Position numbers and translations under genes: made by a program | In this document: piece by piece, positions 1 to 12,978 of the stretch | Layout of the letters: each line of letters starts with the position of its first letter | Position numbering within the stretch: position 1 is the first letter of the stretch | The notes under the pieces: generated by a model | What the model was told of the DNA's origin: nothing | Databases searched by the model: none | The model's input: the letters and a program-made list of their open reading frames with translations, nothing else | DNA from: Octopus bimaculoides | Lineage: Eukaryota | Length of the DNA: 64,000 nt | Direction of reading: 5' to 3' | NCBI RefSeq assembly: GCF_001194135.2 | Contig: NC_068983.1 | Location: 81,041,515 to 81,105,514 of the forward strand

Positions 1-3000
1 GAATATGGATTATGATGAGTAATTGGAACAGCTGAAATTAGGTGTAAGTATAGCAGTCTAGATTGTGTTTGTAGATGAGAAAGAGGAAATTTGTAAAAGG
101 TATCTGGTGGGCAGTGGAAATATTAATTACTAGAAATAACCTGAAATAGTATCCACAACAGCTTTTTTAAAATTAGAGTATTAAGTGGGGTGTGTCCATA
201 TTGAAATTTTTGACTAAGATTAACTATGGTGGAAGGTGGAAAGCTTTAGCTGGAATTTGATGAAAATATGGAGTATAATTAAGAGAATTTTGTCAAATGA
301 AGGAAACAAACAATTTGACTAAGCTGGAATGCACAAGAATAATTGGAAAACTTTTTGATATCTTCATAGATTAATCAATGCTAAACTTTACATGGATACA
401 AAGTTCACCTTTTTAGCTGAAGCTGATGCTGAGAATATAACTGAGGAGATAAGATTGAGATTATTATTTGAGAGGAATAGTACATAAAAATGTTATTATT
501 TGAATTTAGTGGTGTTGAATGTCATATGAGTCAGTAAAGTTTTCAACTGATAATCTTAATATTGTCTGAATACTGCGAATAATGAAGGTTGAGTTCAATA
601 TTGTATACATCAGAATCATAAATGTTTTTCCGAGGAAATTAGTGTTTGATTTGGTAAATATTTATAACATTACAAGGAACATGTCTGAACAAGATAGAAT
701 GGCAGCTATTACACTTGGGAAATGTTTTGCATTTTCTGTCTGCAGCTGCAGCATTATGTTTCCATCTTATTACACAGAAAAGGATGGTGGGATTTAGACA
801 TGCTAATTAGATACCTTCTAAATATCATTAGTATGATAATTCTTCATACAATTAAGCTACAAGTAAAATAAAGTTTTCTTTATGAAACAACATAATATTT
901 TCATTTAAAAATAAATCATCAATCATTTACATAGATTTTAAGATTTTTATTATTTTCAAATGAAAAAACTATGCTGTTTCCTAAATGTTGTGTTACTTAA
1001 CTAACTGGATGATGAATTATCATACATATATTATTTAGAGTATATCTAATTACTGTTTCTAGATCCCTTTCTTTCTCTGTGTGTAACGAAAAAGTAAACA
1101 TGAATGCAGCAGCACATAAAATGTCTTTGAATTATTGTAAAAATCTTGTAACATGCACCATCATGAAGTTAGTGTTATACTAGTAAATCCATTATTAAAA
1201 TTTAATGATTTCATTAAAATTTTAAAGAAATGATATATTTTAAAGAAAATAACATTTTCTGAAAATATATTTATCAAACGATATGTCAAGTTGAAAACTA
1301 TAATCATGTAAAATCTATTTTCTTTTACTTTTATATAATATTTAAGCATTCAAAATGAAATCATAGTAAACTGTAAATGGCTGCAAGAAATTAGAAAATC
1401 CTAGAAATGCTCTTGCAATTTGACTGATAATAAAAGTTGATATACTTATTCTTAGGGTTTCTAATAAAGAAAAAGTAACATAATCTGCTTTATGCTTACT
1501 GCATTTAAAATTCAAATATTGTTTGAAAAGCAGATGATCTTATTAAATCTAATTATATTTAGAATATTAAATAATACATGGGCATTTTCAAAGTATAAAG
1601 TAAATATTACCTTGAGACACTTACTTCATTAGTAAACTTCAAATGAGGTAATTATCTGATTAAAGAAACTTTGATTGTATTCTAAATTAGCTATTTATGG
1701 GCCAGTTCACATTACTGGTTTTAAAAATGCTATGTTTTTAGAGAGTTGTCTAACCGTTATTGAGGATTTGCTCATAATATATATTTAAAAAATCACAGGA
1801 ATAATACAAAAACTCTTATAGTGAAACTTTAACAGTTTGTCATGGTTTCTAGTTAACTTTACAGCTAGGAAAGTCACATTTCAATGAAGCACAACCCTAG
1901 GTTGATGCTGAGCAATTTGAAATATCAGTTTTGATTAAGAAACTATCCCAACAGAAAAAGAAGGAGGAAGAGGAAGAAGAAGGAGGAAGAAGTTTATTAT
2001 TAAAGTTTTGGCGAAAGTATATCTATCCTAATGTGATCACCTGTTTAAAGAATCTATTTCACACACTATGCTAAACTATCCTAACTGTGAGGCCTCACAA
2101 CTTGGCAAGTGACACCAAAGTGATTAGTTCTGCTTGCCATGATGTGATGGATGACTTGCAGATGGGGATCAAATGTAAGAAGTTTTCTTGGGTTTTTTTC
2201 TTTTTCTTTTCAATTCATTATTGTTTTTCATGTTTTATTTGAATTTTTATCTACTTTATCAATGATATAACACAATTCTGCACACATACTTAGATATATA
2301 AGATATATGCACAAAATGATATAAAAAATAATAAGTAAGCAGAGATAGCAAAGTTTAACAAATATTATTTTATGGGCCAATACCCATAGTTAATTTGATT
2401 AAAACTTTTCCTCTTAATCCTTAGGAATCAAACTAAAAGATACTAACTGGTAGGGGATATTTTATATACCAGAGCATTACAGGTAGATTTCTTTCTCCCG
2501 CCAAACGAAAAACAAAAAGAAAAATAATTAAAAAATGTTTTGATAAGGTTGAAAGTGCCCAGAAGTTAATATTAAAATATATGAAATGAAACTTTGATAG
2601 AAGGAACTTAACAGTTCAATACTTGTAATTAATATCACTTTGAAAACACTGGTTCTTGTCTAATCACTAAAGTTAAGCAATATCAAACCAGGTTAGTGGT
2701 TGGAAAATCTAGGAATTCTAAGCATCATTATTAGTTTAAAGGCCTTGGTAGTGTAGTAAGCAGCCTGTCAGTCTTATACTCAATATAAGACAAAGAGGAC
2801 CGAAATCTCTTACTATGCAGTAATCAATAATACTATTATAACCTTAATAATTTAGTCATGATCAGTGACAGTAACCAGATTATATGAGAGTTGCATTATA
2901 TGCCTAAGACTGATATTTTATGTAAAAAGGGTTTTTTCTGCTTCAGAATAAGTATGAAAATTCTCACTTAGAACCACTTATTTTACAAATGCCCATGGGA

Positions 3001-3845
3001 AAGATACATTTCAGTATCCAATTTCTGTGCCTCTGAAAATCTGAGTTTCTTTCGTCTTTTTATATGGTAATATGTAAGATTCCTAGTTTTCTTCATTGTC
3101 AATAATTCCCATTATTTGAATTGTTCTCATCAGACGTTCTACATACAATAGTTAACTTTCTTCCTAATGAACATGCAATGAAAGTTATTCAGTTTATTAT
3201 AGCTACAAGAAATTTGAAAAATATTTACTTTTCTTTTTACTAAAATAATGTTTTCGTCACACAAAATGCAATTTGTAAGACTAAAAATATGAATGGTCTA
3301 CAAGGAAATGTCAAAGAGAAATTATGATTAACCAAATTTGACTGATTTGGAAGTGTTGCATGTTGATTTTGACTCCAGTAGTGAAGATTATAAAAACCCC
3401 AGAAAGTTGAGCAGTTATGATACTGTTTTCATTGTTAGAGGGTTTAGAAAATCCATCCAATCTACATCAGCAATGTGGGAACTAACCATAGAGAGTCATA
3501 CATTCATTCTCTAAATAAGACCATCTCATGAAAATTAACTTTTTCTGAATCAAATTGTATGCATGTACTTCATATAACATCTGCTATATGAAATACACAC
3601 AGTTTGTCATGGTTTTCTTTAGCTAACTTAACTTAAAAGTAACAAAATTATTTTATATAACAGATAAATCACAATAAATAAAATAAATTATTGTTTTTTG
3701 ATTTTTTTGCTAGTTAATTTTACTTTTTTTCTGGTTTTTACTTTCTATAAAAATTTTCTCTAAGCTTTATTCTCTATTTCACTCTTTTTTTTTTGTATCA
3801 GTAAACATCTAGAAAGATCCAAACTTAAGTACAATATTTTCTTAC

Positions 3846-4030
3846 CTGGTCGCACATCTTGCACTGGTAGGTTTTAGCAGCTTTGGTGGGCTTCACTGGC
3901 TGGGGTACCACCAAGGGTGCATTGGCAGCTGGAGTGGATGAGCCAACATGGGCAGTCCGATAGCCTCCGTTACTCTGAGTATTCGGACGTAAGTCTTGAA
4001 CTCGATTCATATTATCTTGATTGACACTAT
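3846..4030 (-). CDS. ZNF362: Coding exon of a ZNF362/ZNF384/lin-29/rotund-family C2H2 zinc-finger transcription factor; ends within the first finger
   Basis: Acceptor ttttatatgcttacag| and donor CAG|gtaaga; 185 nt, phase 1 to 0. Encodes (D)SVNQDNMNRVQDLRPNTQSNGGYRTAHVGSSTPAANAPLVVPQPVKPTKAAKTYQCKMCDQ. LVVPxP followed by KTYxCKxC matches the segment before finger 1 of ZNF362/ZNF384 as I recall it. The symbol denotes the family, not proven orthology. Confidence 0.88.
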
Positions 4031-5137
4031 CTGTAAGCATATAAAATGACATTGAAACTTAATAACAAGCTTTTCAAATCCTGTAAATAGCAGAGGCCTA
4101 CAGAGTTGCAGCAGAATATTACAAGCTGTTAACACAGATTAGACAAATTTGATGGCCCTCTTATGAGATATAAGAATTCATATGTTGTAGTGCTTACTGT
4201 AAAATTGCTGTCAATTACTAAACAATTTTGATGAAAAATCTAAAGCCACAATAGTTTTCTCTTGAAACATCCTAGACATAGAATACTAGTTACATAAAGT
4301 CGGTTTTCCAAAATCTCTAGAAAATTGCTGGTCATCACCAAAAAATTGAACAGATTTTAAGATAATATATTTTTTTGTATCCATCATTAATAAACTTTAA
4401 TCAATTTTCACTAGAACAAATCATTAATGTCTGAAATAACACAAAATGTATTTTGTAGAAAGTAATAAGCAATATCCTTGAAAAGCAACTTTGTATCTAC
4501 TTTGTTTGTTTTTACTAAATTTCTAAACAAAAGTATGAAGTTGTATTTATCATCTAGCATACAGAATGTTATACTTAATAAACCACCACATAAGAAACTA
4601 GCTTAACAAGGGCAATAACAACAACAACACTAATAGCAAATATAAGTAAGGCAGGCTACAACTGATGGCAGAGACTAGAGTTGGTAGAGATTAATGAGCT
4701 GGCATTTTTTAACTGATGTGGGTGGGGAAACTGAATTCCAAAGGGAATGGTGTGAAAATACAGAAACCAAGAGACTATTTTAAAGAGGAGTTTGTAAGTA
4801 AAATGTTTTAAAATACTTAAAATGAATTCATTTCAACAGAAAAATTGACTTCAATATAACACTAAAAATAGAGAGAAAAATCTAATTTTAAAAGTATGGT
4901 CTCAATCTTTCAAATGTTTGTGAGACAAAAGACAAACATTTAATACAAACACACACACACATATTTGTGTAAGGAGCCCATCTCACTGTCAACACCATAA
5001 TTTCTTTCTCTGTGCAGTCTAATATCCCTGAAGGTCAAAAGTGACATGAATGAGACACTGACATTGGTGAATCACTGGTTGAAGTACTTTTGAAACTAGC
5101 ATGGTGTGAAGAATGGGTAAATGATGCTGAGACATAT

Positions 5138-5362
5138 TTAACTGTTTAGCATTTAAACTGGCTACATCTGGCCTAAATATTCTACCTGTTTTGTGTTCAA
5201 ACCAGCTAGATCTGGCCTCTCACACCAATCCTACAATAGCATTCGAAAAATACACAATTACATTATTAAAATCTGAAAGCTATGAGATCATGCATGATTA
5301 ATTCAAAACAATGTGAATAAATAAGCAATGAATTTGTGAGAGTAATCTGAATGATAAAGGCT
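5138..5362. mobile_element. piggyBac-type MITE, second copy
   Basis: Begins TTAACTGTTTAGCATTT; colinear with the reverse complement of 29511-29726 (shared CCTACCTGTTTT...GCCTCTCACA...ATTAATTCAAAACAAT). Confidence 0.65.
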
Positions 5363-7268
5363 TCATATCTTTCAAGAGTAGTAGCTAAAAGATATGGTGT
5401 TCAATATCATTTGGAGGTTTATGGTGCTGTGCTGAAACTAATGAATAATGGCTAGTTTTAATTCTAATATTGATCAAATGACAAACATTCCAGTCTTTGT
5501 GATTCCAAGTTTTTTCCTACTAAATAATCACCTAGTCAGTTGTATGCTTTAGCTTTGAGAGTAAGTACACCCAATTTGTTTCATATCTATCTTTCTTTTG
5601 CAGATGTGAACCTTCAAAGTGTTTAAAATACATTACATCAAAGACAGAAATTGATTTAAAATGGTATCTGTGAAGATATAATTTAGATAATAAATAAGAG
5701 ATGCTGTACGTATATTTGATCATATTTTTCATCAATACTTCAGGAAAAGTAAACGCTATCCTTTGTGAATGAGGTGAGAATTAGACAAACCTTATGTTCA
5801 GAGCTCTCTCTCACACTTGTCCCCCCCCCCCACCAAAGCCAATAATATTAATCATTGACAAATACTTTTTTTCTTCATTGCGCAATTATTTGAAAGCTTT
5901 CAAGTTAATTTCTAGTATGATTTTTAAATGTTTTGTCCACTAAATAGGTTAATACTAAGTTGGGCATATTACATATAGTTATATAAGGATAGGTTATTGA
6001 AATTTTTTAAACACTGCTTAATGTGAAATACATCCTATCTAATGGCATGCAAATTATAGTTTGGTTCATTCCATTCAGTAAAATTCTCAGCATCCAACAG
6101 AAGAGACTGAACAATGAAACATCTCTATGAAAAGAGTCAATATTTTGGCAGAGGAAGGCTAAACAGAAAAAATATATACATAAACATTTGGTAAATTAAA
6201 ATGGCATCTGAGAGGTAACATGCTCAAAATGTATGTTTTAATAATAACTACATACAGAATAATCCTACACATCAACAAGCACATGTGAATGGGGGTGGAA
6301 GAGAAATTTAGAATAGAAACTACCGAAATTTAATGTAGTTGATTTGGTAGGATGTTTCAACTTTAATGACAAACAATATTTGAATCTCTATGCCAAAATG
6401 TTCAGTTAAAAAATGTAATATCCTCAATGTAGGTAAAGAGAATACTAAATAATATGTAATTAATATGTGATAGCAAAAAAATATCCTTCTGTATAGAATA
6501 AATGTAAAAGTTAGGAGAAGATATATTTCTCCAATAACATTTTATTATGTCATTTAGAAGAAATATTTTGAGTGAGCAGTGAGACTATTGGGACAATTAA
6601 AATGATGTACAAACACACACACCTTCCAAGAGCATCTCTATACAATCTTAATGTTATAATATACTGATTTATGCCAGTTAATTTTAAGTTTGTGAATCTG
6701 ATAAAAATAAAGTTCACTGAATTGATAAAGACTTCTAAAGAAACAATGATAACAATATATTAATATACCTAAAAATGGTTTCTTTGCTACTTTTGGTCAA
6801 ATACAATAACAACCTACATATATATATATATATATATATAATTAACAATATATGTATGTTTGTGTGTGCTTTGATACATTATTCTTTATAATTTAGTGTA
6901 AATACTTCCTGTCTTTTTTCGTTGTCCCTCCCATCATAATTTTACCTTCCCTTTTTGTATTTTCTCCCCCACCTCCCCTCATCTTCAACTCTCTCAACTT
7001 ATTTCAAATTCTCTATTTTTTTTTTATCTCTCAGTCTTTCTGGCATTTCCCTCCCTTCCCTTGAACTATTTTGTGGGAGCTTTCAGTCATCCTCTATGGT
7101 GTCAATAGCAACTCACCACCCAGGGGATTCCAAGTAAACTAAGAGTCATTTCCAAATTTAATTACATCTAATGGCCTACAGCTGTTTTGTTGGAGGTGAG
7201 CAGCATGTGTTTGTGTGTGCATGTGTGTGAGCAGCATGTGTTTGTGTGTGAATGTGTGTGTGTGTGTG

Positions 7269-7308
<40 letters not shown>

Positions 7309-10307
7309 AGAGAGAGAGTGAGAGATTCTTGCAGGGTTGGCAATCTTATGGTTGGTGGTCATAATGGAAGAAAATATAGTGAGTTGTGGTAGTCTAAGGT
7401 TAAGACATTGTGTTTATTGCAGTTTACATTAATGGCATGTTAACAGCTGGCCTGCTGATGCTTAAATGCCAGAAGAAGATGACTAGAGTGGAAGGATCTT
7501 GCTGACACAACAGCCAGACATGAGTTTAAAGACTAACCCCCACCTCCTACTCTGGACTCAACATTCCAATTTATAAAAATAGTCATTGAGGTCTTTTGTT
7601 TCCACCCATAAATAGAAATATCTGAAAATCTTTATTTGTTTCCCCCTTTTCTTTCTCTCTCCCTCTCCTCCTCACTCACTTTATGAGAATGTTCTATTGA
7701 AGTTCAATCTTCTGCCACAATTCTTTATCCTTAAACAGAAACTTGTTGATAAAAAAATGGTTGATATCATACTTGTAACACTGCTACCATTCTGAGTGTT
7801 TATTAATTTTTTTCTTTGAAAAATTGAAATGATACAAATCAAGCAAAAAGACAAAATATATTTATAACAATAATTTCTGATATTGATACAAACCACAGAT
7901 TTTCAAGAGGGATGTAATTGTTTTACTACATACTAGTATCTATTTTACATACTGGTATCTATTTTATCAAATGCAGTGTGATGATAGCAAAATCAACTCT
8001 GACAATGTTTGAACTTAGAACATGCAATTTGTCACTCCATCACCCTGATTTCTAACATTGTCTCAAAGCCACACACTTGAAGGAGAGGAGCAATGGTTTG
8101 CAAAGGTTCATAAATTGAGAGACACAATGTGTGATAATCAGAAGATGGACAAGTGAGTGAGGCATGTCAAAGTGAAGATGGCATGAGACTAGTTAATTTC
8201 AAAGGGTAAAGGCTACTGTAGTAGTGGTTGTAAAGAGAAAGAAAGAACTTTCAGAGTTTGAGGTGTATGCTATTCATATTTTGGGTGGGTTGGGCACAAT
8301 ATTGCTTACTTAATGTCCGATGTGATATTGTCTACCATCTGTTTAACAAGACAATATTGACATGACTTAACTGGAGAGTGTTTTTTGAGCCTATGTTCAG
8401 AGATACCTTGTAGGGTTTGGTATGAGGTACATCAGTTTTATGTCAGTGACAATTGGGTGTGGAAGATTAGGGAATATAATATGCCTCAAGTATTTGTCTG
8501 GTACTAACATCAATTATTACAGCATCTACTATAAACCAAGAAGACTAGCAGAAGTTGTAAAGTATTGAATTAAATGTTTTACAACACTTAGTTTTGACCC
8601 TCTAAGCTTTGATTCTGAATATCACCAGGATTAATTTTTGATGTTCATGCCTGTGTAGTCGATAAAATAAATAACAGAAATAAATGCATTATGGCCTGGT
8701 CATTGATTTTACCACTTCCCTACAAGCATAAAGTTTTGTGTCAAAGTGAAAAATCACTTCTTTTGGTTGAATTTATTTGAGTACATCACTGACATTAATT
8801 TGTCAATCCCTGGGTTGGTGATAATCATTATTGATATTGGCTAAATTTAAAAGCACAACAATGAAGCAGTGAACTAGAGATACAACATCTAATCTAGCAC
8901 TCTACTATGATTATTATTAGTATTATTATCATTATTACTATTATGATGATGATGATTTCTTAAATAAACATTAAAACATAAGGGCATTTATGACAAATGG
9001 TTCCTACTGGGAATTAAAAATTGGCTTTAATATCATATGCACAAAGTCCTCACCATGCCCCAGATGAAATTTTAAAAGATAAATCAAGAAAGCAGATATG
9101 GATTACTGATATAGCTTGTACTAATGAGAAAAACATTTATGAAAAGCATTTGCCAGCTGATATATTGTTTTACATAACAGAAATTGTGCATTGTTAACTA
9201 TTCTTTTTAGTTTTTGGCTATCTTCAACCATTTAGTAGTATGCAGTTATGAAAGCTGAATAACTTGTGTTTTTTTTTTACATGCAAACGTTTCCGTGTGA
9301 TTTTAGAAGTGAAGAGAGCAATAATGGAAATCATGTAACTAAAACGGTAGGGGCAAAATTGATTTTGAAACATGGCAGAATTATCGAAAATCTGTCCACA
9401 GACAAAAAACAAACATCACTATTGAAAATGAATAGCAACAAAAAAAAACAAAAAGAAATTAAGAATTAAATAAAGACTATGATGGTAAAATATGTTTGAA
9501 AGATTATTTTATAACTAATTCCTCTGTGACCAGTAAATGTAAGAAAAAGAAAGTTCAAGTGATTTTTTAGAAAGAAAAATAAATATTTTACATTATTATA
9601 AATAAGTATAATAGGATAGCATTCTTCAAATAATCTATTACTGAAGAGTACTTACTTTACTAAACAATTTGAATTTAGGAGATATCATAGTTAACAGCAA
9701 AAGTTTGTTTACACCAACCATATGTGTATCAAACAAGTATTCCACTCAACATACCTATAGCATATCTATATTTATATGCAAACTCTCCACCCAACAATAT
9801 TCAAGTGGACATTTTATGACAAAAATAGAGATGTACCAGGAAAATGTAGGATAAGTGCTTTGTATGGGAAGAACATATTTGGGGCATACATTTAGAGTAA
9901 AGGGGTAAATTGGAACTGTATTTAAAAGGTGTGTGGGGTATTTTGAAATAGAAACAAGTTTACCAAAGAGTGAATATAGTTCTTTATACTTGTGTTTACA
10001 CAGATGTGTAATAATTAGAGAGATTGATGTAACACAAGAAGATACATGATAATGATAACATCATGTAATGAGTTACATGATAAAAGTCATGTGGTAAAAA
10101 GCATAGAATAGAAAAGTGAGTGAAAAAAAAAAATAACAAACAATAACGGAGCAGCATAAAGAAATGATTAATCTCTGATTTGCAATAATCTCTGATTTGC
10201 ATACAAGAATGACGAAACATAAGCTGTTGTTATAGTCTTTAAAGAAAAGACTAGTGAGAGATGGTGGTAAATCTTTTCAAGCACAAAGTGAGAATAAATA
10301 TGCTCAC

Positions 10308-10334
10308 CTGTGACATGATTATCTTTAGACATAC
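10308..10334 (-). CDS. Candidate 27-nt cassette microexon / recursive-splice exon of the zinc-finger gene
   Basis: ttccatttctgttccatcaacag|GTATGTCTAAAGATAATCATGTCACAG|gtgagc; open in phase 1-1, adding GMSKDNHVT between the two flanking phase-1 exons. Confidence 0.55.
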
Positions 10335-11394
10335 CTGTTGATGGAACAGAAATGGAACTTTAGATAAAATTGAGTAGTATCAATCAGTAGACTAGGTTCG
10401 CACGAAATATGTACTAATAGCATGCATGAATACTGACAGAAAATTTCCCTTGAAACAAGATATATTGTAATTCACATAGACACACACACTCACACACACA
10501 TGCATAAACATTTCATTCATACTGTGGTATAATTTAACCAATTCTAGTGGTCAGAATATTGCAGGCAGCACTCTTAACACAGATTTACTCCACATGTTCT
10601 ACAAATATGCATATATACTATACGCACAATTTTTTTGCATATAACTATAATAACATAGTTATTTATTCAACAACAATTTAAACATAATTGCCAACATAAA
10701 TTATTGGGTGATTATTAAATACTATAATATGTAAAAGACAACAACAGCTATCTTCACATATCATATAGCACACAGTACTCTAAATTTAAACATGCAACAC
10801 AGACCGCACAAAAGTAACAAGACACTAGTGTTTCTCTGTTCAAAATAAAGTATTTCTCTATACAATAGTATCAATAATATAGAAAAGTTTTGATATGTCA
10901 AACATTATCTGCTTGACTAGTATTCCATCCACGATCATCCCAGCTTCTTTTGTGTCATATTATATCCAAGACTCATCCAGTTTATTCATCCATTTTTAAG
11001 ACAAGGAGAAATTTCAAGGAGATTTTGTTGCTATTTCTTGGAAATCAAGTGGCCATGTAGAGGCTCTCATTTTAGGAACTAACTGCGTGCCATGGGTCTG
11101 GACAACACAACAACAATATGTTGTCAATAATATATAAGCCTCTGTTATTCTTATATGGATTATCAGAGACAAAATCATAGATTACTGACAAGCAACTAAC
11201 CAGCCTATATATATATATATATNNNNNNNNNNAAAAATAACATATTAGAGAACCAATCTGAGTAAGACAATACATATAAAATAACATTTAAAAAGTATCA
11301 AAGTTAGTTTAGCATATCATAACCCTCAGAAGTAGAGTGTATTTTTGACTTCCAGGATAGTTCAGCAAATAGTTTTTTTAGTTGATTATTGCTA

Positions 11395-11407
11395 TATATT
11401 ATATACA

Positions 11408-11501
<94 letters not shown>

Positions 11502-11552
11502 CACACACACATATATGCATGTGTGTGTGTGTGCATATATACGTGTGTGTGT

Positions 11553-11596
<44 letters not shown>

Positions 11597-11610
11597 ACAT
11601 GCATGTATGT
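11395..11610. repeat. Compound (GT)/(AT)/(AG)/(AC) microsatellite; representative of dozens in the window
   Basis: Directly visible; similar compound arrays near 7.2, 12.3, 25.0, 30.5, 50.7, 51.7, 52.7 and 54.5 kb. Confidence 0.98.
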
Positions 11611-11814
11611 AAAATTCTTGTCATTCAGTATATAGAGTAGAATATATAACCAAAGTTTAGAAACCCATGAGTTCCTTTATAGTTTGAACAGTGTGTGCAT
11701 GTAGAGAATTCAAATTATTTTTTGAAATATCCTGTTGAAGTTATCCAGCAATACCCAGAACACAGAATGTATTTCAAACAAAAAAAAAAAAAAAAAAAAA
11801 AAAAAGAAGAGAAG

Positions 11815-12268
11815 AGATAGGTTTATATGTTTACTCAATATATTCTTACATGTATTTCATTACAGAATAGTTTTATAGTATTCAAAGATTTACCTTACAA
11901 TCAGATTGCATAAATCATTGAGATTATATATGAAATGAGAAATTTGCCTTAGGTGGTTCAACCCACACATCGTCTTTCCAACAGAATTTAAACAGGTTGG
12001 TAGTTTATAAGGTAGGAAGTTTATTATAACAATGGAGATGATGGTAAGTATATTAAGTCACAATGTGGCCTGCAACATTTAATATAGATTTATGATGCGA
12101 TGGTAGAGTCAATGACTAGGATAGACATATTAATCTATTTGAAAGTTACTATAACTTTAATTTTATCTGACCAACACTAGGTAGTTAACATACATTCTCA
12201 CAAATTCTGTTACATACAGAATGACTTTCACACACATACATATAAATAAATGTAAGTACTCATTTACA

Positions 12269-12325
<57 letters not shown>

Positions 12326-12440
12326 ATGTATGCATATGTATACATACACACATTTCTACATTCATTTATATACATATATACACAAAAATATGCATATAAT
12401 TAATCTCCCCTGCTTGCTAGTACCCTTAATTATTAATTTT

Positions 12441-12474
<34 letters not shown>

Positions 12475-12978
12475 AATTTGAACTATGAAGGCCTGTACAT
12501 ATATCTGTGCATGTGTGTGTATGTATCTATTTAGGTGTATATGTCAAACCATTTATATGTGTGTGTAAATGATATTATATATGTATGTGTAAATATTAGT
12601 TGCCTAGTGTTGGTCAGATAAAAGTGAGAATTAAACGAAGCTTTCAAGCAGATTAATATGTCTATCCTAATCATTAGTGCTCGCCATCTGGTAACAAAAA
12701 CCTATGTTCATTCTTCTAGACCACATGACAATTTAGCACACCATCATCTCTATTATAAGAAACTTTCTCTTTATAAACTGCTAACCCATTTAAATAAATT
12801 CTTTGAGACCTTAATCATGGCAGAAGGTAGGTTTAACTATTACAAATTTTCTTATATTCTATACAACCTCTGATGATTTGATGATGCAATCTGATTGTAT
12901 GGTAAAACCTTTAATAAAGAATTTATTCATTGAAGAAACACATGTAAGAATGTATTGAATAAATGTACAAACTTATCT
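11815..12978. repeat. Long imperfect inverted repeat (foldback); arms about 430 bp, microsatellite spacer
   Basis: Colinear reverse-complement matches along both arms, e.g. 12161-12181 vs 12603-12624, 12116-12145 vs 12641-12670, 11896-11911 vs 12885-12899, 11817-11852 vs 12941-12976. Confidence 0.9.

Noticed and set aside
1-800. Purine-rich, ORF-like texture suggesting an old LINE (also 1860-2180, 4670-4790, 8100-8520)
   Set aside because: Too decayed to assign by eye; no diagnostic RT or endonuclease motif found.
11304-11640. Overlapping YI/RE/HT/LS-repeat ORFs (also near 20.2, 24.9, 30.4, 51.7, 52.6 and 62.4 kb)
   Set aside because: Microsatellites lack stop codons in most frames; no domain content.
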